In this document: one piece after another, positions 1-7,347 of the stretch | Numbering within the stretch: position 1 is the first letter of the stretch | Layout: every line of letters starts with the position of its first letter | NCBI GenBank assembly: GCA_016748015.1 | Contig: JAAOMT010000049.1 | Span: forward strand, 1 to 7,347 | DNA from: Geosiphon pyriformis uo1 | Taxonomy: Eukaryota; Fungi; Glomeromycota | Direction: 5' to 3' | Length of the DNA stretch: 7,347 bases | The notes under the pieces: generated by a model | Database searches by the model: none | What the model was told of the DNA's origin: nothing | What the model saw: the letters and a program-made list of their open reading frames with translations, nothing else | Translations under genes and position numbers: made by a program

Positions 1-21
1 GGGGGGGGGGGGGGGGGGGGG
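1..21 (+). repeat. G21 homopolymer at window start (likely contig break point)
   Basis: 21 consecutive G, directly visible. Confidence 0.95.
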
Positions 22-1105
22 ATCACCAATCCATCAACTCAAAGTATTCGCCCCAAATCGGGATGATAAACCAGGTCCCAAGTAAGTAACTATTAGAGAA
101 GGGGTCTATATGGTTGTGATTCATTACGTAACCACAGGGATCCATCTTACCCTGCTCTTAACAGTCAAATCCTTATCACAAATCTAAGTATGGTACATTT
201 ACCTACCTCATCACCAATATGTACAAAGGGATCCCCCATCAGCCAATCAGGTATTGGTGTAAAGGTACTACATGCAGTGGGGGGGAATCATACCACTATA
301 CGAACTCCCCAGCCGTCCAACTGTAAAGAATGCCGGCGAGACCCAATACCAAATACATACTCAGCAAAGAGGTCAAAATACAAACCATACCTGATACGGC
401 ATAGGAGGCTACAAAACCCATCCCCATCGCCACCATCCAACAACCACTGTTGTCAAACCAGTACGGCTCCAAACCCAAACCCCAGGTCGCTATCCCAAAG
501 ACTCTACTAGGGGTACTACAAATCTGTATTCAGCTAAAACATCACGCCTCCAGTGGTATGGTTCCAATCGGTATAGGGCTTTATGGGGGGCCTAGACATA
601 AGATCATGGATGGGGTATGGTACCTATCAAAGCTCTCAGGGGCTACAAGTCTAATGGGTCATAGGGGATCTCTATATGGGTATGGTCAATACACTATCTC
701 CTACCCAATTGCCACCACTAAAGTCCCATCCAACTTTCTAATGAGTATCCCCCCAACATAGTGTACCAAGAATGAAGATGCCCCAAATCCCTGTATTAAG
801 AGCTATGGCCTGCCTCCTACCTTACCAATCTGATCAATTACTTGTTTAAGCAATTTATACCACTTGTCAGCGCCCATACAGTCCCATATGGCTATCCAGG
901 TATCCCTGTTAAGGCCCCATAAAGGAATCATATACCAATAAAGTACTCCAACAATCTGACACCTATTCAGTTCTCAAATACCTATCGTCCAACCCAAACA
1001 AAGGGGACTCAAAAATCCACTACTCCACAAAGTATCATCCTTTATCGAGTACTTGTCTCCACACAAAGTCAACCCTCCCCCCGGGTTAGGGGGTAGACTG
1101 CTCAT
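22..1105 (-). pseudogene. Stop-interrupted coding relic of unknown function
   Basis: ATG at 1105-1103 opens MSSLPPNPGGGLTLCGDKYSIKDDTLWSSGFLSPLCLGWTIGI*ELNRCQIVGVLYWYMIPLWGLNRDTWIAIWDCMGADKWYKLLKQVIDQIGKVGGRP*LLIQGFGASSFLVHYVGG. There are about 8 internal stops down to 296, mostly TGA (CGA-derived if deaminated). The track ORF 296..478 is in this frame. An alternative frame from about 503 (SLWDSDLGFGFGAVLV*QQWLLDGGDGDGFCSLLCRIRYGLYFDLFAEYVFG...VDGLVIP) runs to the poly-G end, so a frameshift is possible. Protein-likeness is my judgement; no family recognised. Confidence 0.4.
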
Positions 1106-1320
1106 TGGTTGTCAGGAAGGTTAAATAGTATGGTAGTAAGGTACCGTACCAAAATATCGCCTCCAAACTACTTTGGTTGTTAGGATTCCAATAGATCACT
1201 CAAAAAAGGGTCCAAAAAGGCCAAGTAACCTTACTCATGAAACCAAATAGGATGTATATAGACCGGTAATTCCACCCAAGCTCTCTCTAATAAGGTAAAA
1301 CCTATGAGTTTCGCGAGAAA

Positions 1321-2140
1321 CTACCCAATATCCCATCCTACCTACCCCTATCCCCATATACCATACGAACCATCTTCACTGACCTCCATCCCATATGTCC
1401 CCAAGGAGGACCTTTGGTACTACAATATCCACTCTACCTAACACCAGTACAATAGGTACTACCCATCTACTAGATCACCATACCCCTAATATCCATCCCA
1501 ACCATAGGTCCTCTACTATACCCATCTTACATACTACCCATTCCCCATTACCTATCCCACTAGATCCCTAGATCCCAAATGTTACGATTCCCTACTACCA
1601 TACACCACCATAGCCCTAATACCCATCCTACCAAATACTACTCTAGTACCCAATGTCCTATATGACCCTCTCTACCCATCTGACCAACAGGTACTACATA
1701 CTACACATATGACCATCCAAGAGGTACTATCTATACACAATCTCCACTAATACCAGACCCACTAGATCCCCCAATACCCTAGAGGACCATAGGTCCTACA
1801 ATATGCCCCATATCACCTAGTACCATATGTACTCCACCATATCACACCATGAGTACCATCATACCCAGATTACCCATATCCACGACTCCCATCCCATATG
1901 ACCCACCATGAGTACCCTATAGACCCATCCCACTCTACCCCATTACCCACTACCTAGTAACCCAGGTACTACTCCATATTACCACCCCTCTATCCCCGTA
2001 TCCTAATAGTACCAACAGGTACTCCACCATCATACCATACACTACTCTAGTCCAAAAGGTACTACCTACCCATACCCATATGACCCACCTACCATACCCT
2101 AGATCCCATACCTATCCACTACCAAATATCCCATCCCACG
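1321..2140 (+). repeat. G-poor low-complexity mosaic tract with recurrent short palindromic units
   Basis: About 61 G in 820 nt (hand count). Recurrent words: TAGATCCC (1561, 1569, 1763, 2100), CATATGACC (1706, 1895, 2077), CACCATGAGTACC (1845, 1904), ACCAACAGGTACT (1683, 2011), ACTACTCTAGT (1637, 2041), ACCATAGGTCCT (1501, 1786). No fixed period is evident. Confidence 0.9.
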
Positions 2141-2223
2141 CCAGGCGCCAAACAAGGCAAAGGAGCAGTAGGATACCCAACGCCGCCATCCCATCCAAGG
2201 CTGGCTCAGATTTAGGCCCCTTG

Positions 2224-3954
2224 CTAGACATACTCCTGATCAACAACTAAGGCGAAGACCCACAAAAGGCTGGGGGGTATCAGTACCATATGTATGACAA
2301 ATATAGCTTGCAGACTGGTATATATCAAACTCCAGTAGTTATACAAAGGTGCTAAAACTCATGGCGCTGGGTAAAGAAGGCCATCTTTGCTACAACAGAG
2401 CCGCCATAGCCTAAGGATTCCACGGGGGGGTCAGAAACTTGGTTGCTTACCATACAAACAAGGGACCTCAATCCTGTATAGCTATCTCAGTAACAAGGTG
2501 CGCGTGGGGCGCAAAGCCAAAAAGGTACTGATCCTGTTGCTGATCCCAACCAAGCATATGAAGCCCATTGCTTCCTAAAATCTAGGATACGAAACTAGGA
2601 TGATAAACTATGGCAGTATATAGGTATAGATCTCTCACGCAAAATACCGCGCAGTTTATAGCCCCTATGCGCCAATAGGGTAAAGGGATTAGAGCAAGGC
2701 GCCCATAAAGGCTGGTCATAACAAGGGCCAGGCAAAAGGCTTGTCATACGGCTTGTAGCCAAATAGACCTGTTAGACCCTCCCTCTCACAGTAGATTGTA
2801 TTTTGCAGCCAGAGGGGGACCCATTTAGTAGAGCTCTATGGTCCCAAGACCAAAAGGGTCCTTTGCCATAAACTCCAACTTTGGTGGTTAAAGGTTTGTT
2901 TAAGGCCTCTATGGCTGCCAGGGCTCATGGGTAGCCAAAACCAGACTTAGTGTGGATAGTATCTGCCAAATAGTACAAAGCTTCAAGTCGCTTTGCAGGG
3001 ACTGCTGGAGCAAGTAAAGTAAGAAAAGTCTTGTTTTGTAAAGGGGCGCCAGGCCGCTTAGTAGTAGGCTTGGGGGGGGGTCAGACCCTTGACCATCCCA
3101 ACCTATAGGTATTGCAGCGCCTAGCGAGGGTATTGTATAGGGTAAAATCCACTATTGTCTATCAGAGGACACCCCCAAGCCCTTGTATAGGAATGGAACT
3201 TAAAGCAACCATTGTAGTACAAGTTTCCTAACCCAAGATGCCATTAGCAAGGATCGCAAGCATAAAGCGATAGTCCCATAAAGTAGGGGTAGAACTCTTC
3301 CTTGTGTAAAAGTAAAGGTTTACAAAAGTACTCGTGTGTACTACCAATGTGCTTTGTCCAACTCCAATGATAGGTTGGATGTGAACTACCCATCAGGCAC
3401 CAGTAGGGCACAGCAGGGATCCGCTAAAAGCTTTCATAAGTGGCTCCATAAACAAGCAATACCTCTTAAAGCGTTGGTATATTTAGAAGGGAAAGTAGAG
3501 GGGGGGGGATCAGTAGAAACTGAGGGGGGGGGTAGAGGGGGGGGGTAAGTACTACAAAACCCCATCCAATCAAAATACAAAGCCAAGGGTGGGCATGGGC
3601 CATCATAAACTTGTGAGTAGTGCTAGAAATAGCCTATCCAAGCAAGGTACAACAGGTCAAGGGGGGGCCAATATAACACCAATAAACGCGTACCCTTTTG
3701 TAGCAAGCCAACAGGTATTTGGCAATCCCACTACAGGTAGTAGAGTTGAGTACTTCAAGCAATATAAACTCCAAACCCACACGTCTACTTACCTACCCTA
3801 TTTAGGAGACTAAAATAAGCTTTACCCCTAAAAGGAGTCGGCATCCTTCAAAGGTCCCCAGTACTGAACAGGGGGTTCCCAGATGAGTAAGCTGATACAA
3901 AAACCCCCCAAGTCTACTTGGCTATAAAGCCCTAGCTAAGTTATAGCTCAAGCT
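2224..3954 (-). pseudogene. Stop-interrupted coding relic of about 575 codons, unknown function
   Basis: One minus-strand frame reads e.g. VGLEFILLEVLNSTTCSGIAKYLLACYKRVRVYWCYIGPP..., RIPAVPYWCLMGSSHPTYHWSWTKHIGSTHEYFCKPLLLHKEEFYPYFMGLSLYACDPC*..., WVPLWLQNTIYCEREGLTGLFGYKPYDKPFAWPLL*PAFMGALL*..., ending ...FALVVDQEYV* at 2226-2224. It has about 24 stops, mostly TAG/TAA (CAG/CAA-derived if RIP). That density is near random expectation, so support is only compositional. Confidence 0.35.
3495..3545 (+). repeat. Three GA-G9 units (GTAGA-G9 twice)
   Basis: G9 at 3500-3508, 3524-3532 and 3537-3545, each preceded by GA. GTAGAGGGGGGGGG occurs at 3495 and 3532. Confidence 0.85.
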
Positions 3955-4304
3955 GGGGGGGTGGGCCCTCCCCCCGCCCCCCGGGGGGGGCGGCTGCGGG
4001 GAGGGGGGGCCTCCGGCCACCCCACTCCTCGGCCGGCCATAGGCCTGCCTCACTCCCCCCGTCCCCGACGGGTGGGGGGGGGGGGCGCCCCCTGGCCCCC
4101 CTCGCTCTAGGGCCCCAGGGCCACTAGAGCGCTCTCCCCTCCCCCTGCCCTCCGGGCAGGGGTGCTCGCCCCCCGTCTGGGACGGGGGGGAGTGCTCGGG
4201 TGGGGGGCGGAGCCCCCTATGAGTCCCCCCCCCCGCAGGGCGGGGGGGAGGGGGGGGGTGGGGGGGGGGTGGTTGGTAGGGAAGGGTAATCGGTGGGGGG
4301 GGGG
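3955..4304. other. GC-rich multi-hairpin island with terminal G-tract cluster (G-quadruplex potential)
   Basis: Stem-loops read directly: 3966-4005 (CCCTCCCC CCGCCCCCC/GGGGGGCGG ctgc GGGGAGGG), 4008-4018 (GGCC-TCC-GGCC), 4035-4045 (GGCC-ATA-GGCC), 4058-4072 (CCCGTC-CCC-GACGGG), 4103-4131 (CGCTCTAGGGCCC-CA-GGGCCaCTAGAGCG), 4142-4162 (CCCCTGCCC-TCC-GGGCAGGGG), 4169-4189 (CCCCCCGTC-TGG-GACGGGGGG), 4203-4217 (GGGGGC-GGA-GCCCCC), 4228-4248 (C7GC-AGG-GCG7). G tracts follow at 4242-4304. Confidence 0.9.
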
Positions 4305-5150
4305 CATTACAATAAGGGTAAGCAAGTCTACAACTATTCGTTTACAAGTAGTAAGTAACCATACTACGGCAGTAGGGTTCCATCAGTAGTTGAGAGTATT
4401 GGGAACTTGGGGAACAAGGCAGGCGAGCCTCTATAAGGGGGGGGGTGATGGTATAATCTGACCGCTGGAGTCATACTTAATGGGCTAAAGGGAGTCTTTA
4501 AGCATAATGATGCATTAGTTCCAAATGTACCCTAAAGGTCCCTATTAAAGTAGGATTGGAGGACTTGTAACTATCTATAGCCCCCTGACCAAGTCATCTG
4601 TACAACAAAGAGGCTATGCAGCTCAATCAGGGATCGAGACCTGAAACATGCAAACCAAAGCAAACCATCAAACTTATAGTAGGTAGTAACCAATTACCCA
4701 AAGCAGGATACAATCAAGGACGCTTCGCAAGCTAACAAGGATTGGGGATTCTCTACAAGGACTTGATCTAGATATAGTGTGTACTTATTTGCAGGGCAAG
4801 TATAAGGGTTATGTGTAAGCTACCTAGGTATTGGACGTATAACTGTTGGATGGCAGAGTCCTTTATAAGTGCTACAGGTATTGGCAGTGTGTACGCAAAT
4901 AAGAAGCCTAAAGTACCCACAATACTGCTTGGCTACTCAAGAATCTTCCATTAGGAGTGGATGGCTAAATAAAGGGGGGGTGATTAAAAGGTTATAGTAG
5001 TGATATCTATCCTACTTCAAAGTCCTATCATGTTGTACTCTAATAGTAGTAGTCTATATGGGATGCTTTAGCTTTACAAGTATTGGAGATGCTCAGGGCT
5101 TATTAGACGGGTAGTATATACTTTAGATCAATCATAGGGTCCAACGGGGC

Positions 5151-5166
5151 GGGGGGGGGGGGGGGG
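5151..5166 (+). repeat. Internal G16 homopolymer
   Basis: 16 consecutive G preceded by GGGGC. Confidence 0.95.
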
Positions 5167-6101
5167 TACAGGAGTATTATCTCATTACAAGACTAATTAA
5201 GTAAGATAAGGGGCTTGTCCTAATGTATTTGGCAGTCTAGCATCGGAATAGGCAGGGCCTTCCTGTATACTGAAGCTGAAATAGGCTACTCTCAGATAGT
5301 GGTCCCTACAACTCAAAGTACAAAGAGGCCTATTACGCAAGCTCCATATCAAGCTATATCATAGGTAGCCCAATAATCCATATATCTAAAGCAAGCATGA
5401 GCATGTAAAGCGGGGGTCGCCTATAGGGCGCCTGTACATGTGGCTTTAGTATTAAGGAGCCGTAATAGTTAGTATTTCAACTCCTCATCCTCAAACATAA
5501 ACCCATTACTGGCCATTATAAGCTTAGTAGCCCAACCGGATGGCTTATAGCTTACAGCTTCCAAAGCTTTAAAGGCCAAGCAGCCTCTTCGCGAGCGGCG
5601 CTGCCAGAGTAAGCAGGAGCTTCCTGTATATGGGGCAGGGATAAAATGCGCAAAGGGCAGGCGGCTGCAGGAGCTTAAGGGATCCATTGGGAGCTACTAT
5701 ATCCCCCCAGCGCCCTTGTGTAGGGTGGGGGGGAGCTTGCTCATCACGTAGGGGAGCTAAAACCTGTAGTGTTAGCCACATTGACTCAGTGGGTAGCGAG
5801 CTCATTATAAACCTCCAAACCATATTGTGCCTTGTGAGCTTACCATATATCCTTGTTTGGACACCATGTGGTGTAGCATCCAATCCCACCACCGGGTTCT
5901 TGAGAGCCCTGTAGCCAGAAGCAAACTCCTATTGGTGGATATCGAAAAACCAATGTGTGTGCTGCTCTTACTAGCCATACCTACTGGGGAGCTATCGCAC
6001 ACTCGGTGGGGGGGGGGTAGCTATCAACAAACCCAAACCAAAGCGAAATCTTCTAATCCTTGGTTGGTGGAGAGCACTAGGTACCCTCCCATCCGAGGGG
6101 C

Positions 6102-6240
6102 CCCGAGGCCCTTAATGAGGATAAGAGTTGGGGGGGAAGTCCTCTATCCCCTTGTTGTGTAACCTCGCAATACTAAAATCAGTTTTGGGGGGGGGGTTTG
6201 GACCCCGGCGCTATCGCCTATCCTCATCGGGGGCCTCGGG
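6102..6240. repeat. 24-bp imperfect inverted repeat with 91-nt spacer
   Basis: The left arm 6102-6125 is CCCGAGGCCCTTAATGAGGATAAG. The reverse complement of 6217-6240 is CCCGAGGCCCCCGATGAGGATAGG. They are 20/24 identical and all four differences are transitions. Confidence 0.9.
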
Positions 6241-7331
6241 CTATAGATAGACATCCAAATCCAAAATAGTCTTAGAATACGTGTTGGTGCCCATTCGCAA
6301 GGTAAGGAGTGTAGTGGGTTGAGGATCAGCGCCAAGTCGAGGAGCTGTCTACAGGCGCTCAATCTAAAGAGAACTGTGTCTTACTACTATTTTCTATACC
6401 TATCCATAATCCTGCATATAAGGGATTACCTATGAGGATCCAAAATGGGGTCCTCTCCCCCTTACGCAGGGGATCTGATCCTTAGACAAAGGGGGGGTAT
6501 AAACTGATTTGTGAGACTTTGGTTGGCCCTGTCCGACACTATATAGAGAGAGGAGGCCATCCCACTACTAGGGTCACAAAAAGGGGGTCTGGGAGACAGG
6601 TGTACAGTCATGGGTAAGTGGTAGGTACAGGGGTCGGCGTCGAGGGCAGTCGTGTACAGGGGTGGGAAAAGGGAGGGTCCGCCCTGGGCTTAGAGTAGTG
6701 GTGGCTAGAATTAGAGGCAGTGTATTGGGCTAATAGTATGAGGGGTGTGTGCTTGGGGCAGGCAGGTATAAGGGCAAGTATTGAATTTAGTCAGGTTATT
6801 GGGTATAGGGGGGTCTCTAAAGGCTTAGCGTATGTAAAGGTTTCAGATCTGTGCAAGGGGGGTTGGGGGGGGTATGGGCTCTTGGATTGAAAGCTGTAGT
6901 CGTCAGCAGTGTAAAGTGCTCTAGCAGTGGAAGTATATTCAGGATCTCAATCTTGTAATGAGTAAGTTGTAAAGCACTCTGGTAGGTAATAGGGCTCTCG
7001 GACTCGGGGGGCTCCTAGAAGTATTTCGCGTAGTAGTATCTTGCGGCTATTAATGGCTCCTCATAGTCAAGTGTGTCAGGGATCCGTCTTAACAAGCTTT
7101 GGTCAGTAGTATCTGCAGTAGTTTAAGGCCTATAGTAGGGGGGTCAAGGGTATATTAGGCTTCAGGGGGTTTTCAATGGAGTACCGGCAGGCTCTCATAG
7201 TAAGGGGGTCATTAGAAGCAGGGTGGGGGGGGCTCATAATGAATACGCTCGGGAAGGCAGTATATACTCAAATCTCAAGCGGGAGTAGGAGTCAGGAATT
7301 TCGCAGTGTCAGTGGTCTATTGGATAAGCTC

Positions 7332-7347
7332 GGGGGGGGGGGGGGGG
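7332..7347 (+). repeat. G16 homopolymer at window end (likely contig break point)
   Basis: 16 consecutive G, directly visible. Confidence 0.95.

Larger units (their letters stand above)
4305..7331 (-). pseudogene. Long stop-interrupted coding relic (one or more genes), unknown function
   Basis: The frame of track ORF 5569..5892 extends upstream through mostly TAG/TAA stops: ...TTADTTDQSLLRRIPDTLDYEEPLIAARYYYAKYF*EPPESESPITYQSALQLTHYKIEILN... and YMQDYG*V*KIVVRHSSL*IERL*TAPRLGADPQPTTLLTLRMGTNTYSKTILDLDVYL*PEAPDEDRR*RRGPNPPPKTDFSIARLHNKGIEDFPPNSY...EQHTHWFFDIHQ*EFASGYRALKNPVVGLDATPHG. It is most convincing over about 7140-5570; the frame is ambiguous below about 5450. No family recognised. Confidence 0.4.
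1..7347 (-). mobile_element. Putative degenerate (RIP-like mutated) relic of an unclassified mobile or virus-like element; boundaries not visible
   Basis: Seen: no ORF longer than 111 aa in 7.3 kb. TpA is in excess (spot count 5041-5100: 9 TA vs 6 AT). CpG is scarce (about 22 in 1-1320 by hand). An inverted repeat at 6102-6240 differs only by C>T/G>A changes. Established: RIP in ascomycetes introduces such transitions into repeated DNA. Inference: this is repeat-derived. No TIR, LTR, TSD or catalytic motif was identified. Confidence 0.4.

Noticed and set aside
1407-2064. CRISPR array (palindromic repeats with variable spacers)
   Set aside because: Units are only about 15 nt and degenerate, spacing is very irregular (about 20-170 nt), spacers are low-complexity and share words, and there is no cas-like sequence.
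1321-2140. Telomeric (CCCTAA)n tract
   Set aside because: Only isolated CCCTAA hexamers occur, never in tandem, and the tract is internal.
2528-2595. Hammerhead ribozyme core (CTGAT... CGAAAC)
   Set aside because: The sequence is CTGATCC rather than CTGANGA, and I found no compatible stems.
2816-2845. Small hairpins or palindromes here (TAGAGCTCTA) and at 3921-3947, 5614-5626 and 6434-6455
   Set aside because: They are short and isolated, and cannot be distinguished from chance without a statistical test.
4107-4389. Track ORFs 4107..4325 (-) and 4162..4389 (+)
   Set aside because: These Pro/Gly-rich translations are by-products of the stop-poor GC hairpin island.
4754-4774. Minus-strand YLDQVLV resembling the reverse-transcriptase YLDD motif
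   Set aside because: The second Asp is missing and Asp to CAA needs transversions. No other RT motifs are recognisable nearby.
190-6162. Short plus-strand ORFs in the track as real genes
   Set aside because: All are 111 aa or shorter, many rely on non-ATG starts, none has a recognisable domain, and they lie antisense to the more protein-like minus-strand relics.
1-7347. Narnavirus-like complementary termini or terminal inverted repeats
   Set aside because: Both ends are poly-G on the same strand, so they are not complementary. No RdRp motifs were recognised.

Overview
I can recognise no intact gene, RNA gene, or transposase/RT/integrase motif here. The window looks like decayed eukaryotic, probably fungal, repetitive DNA: TpA is abundant, CpG is scarce, and the ORF track holds only short fragments, consistent with RIP-like C>T/G>A hypermutation (inference). 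Reading through stop codons on the minus strand gives three protein-like, stop-riddled blocks of unknown family (about 7331->4305, 3954->2224 and 1105->22). Two structured non-coding modules separate them. The first is an 820-nt G-poor (~7% G) mosaic tract carrying about 9 copies of a short palindromic unit (1321-2140). The second is a 350-nt GC-rich island of about 8 short hairpins, several with cGGAg triloops (3955-4304). There is also a 24-bp inverted repeat differing only by transitions (6102-6240) and an extreme strand bias of G homopolymers (28 G runs of 7 nt or more versus one such C run, hand count). Both window ends lie in poly-G. Working hypothesis: a mutated relic of an unclassified large mobile or virus-like element. 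The structural observations are direct; the coding and element interpretations are tentative.
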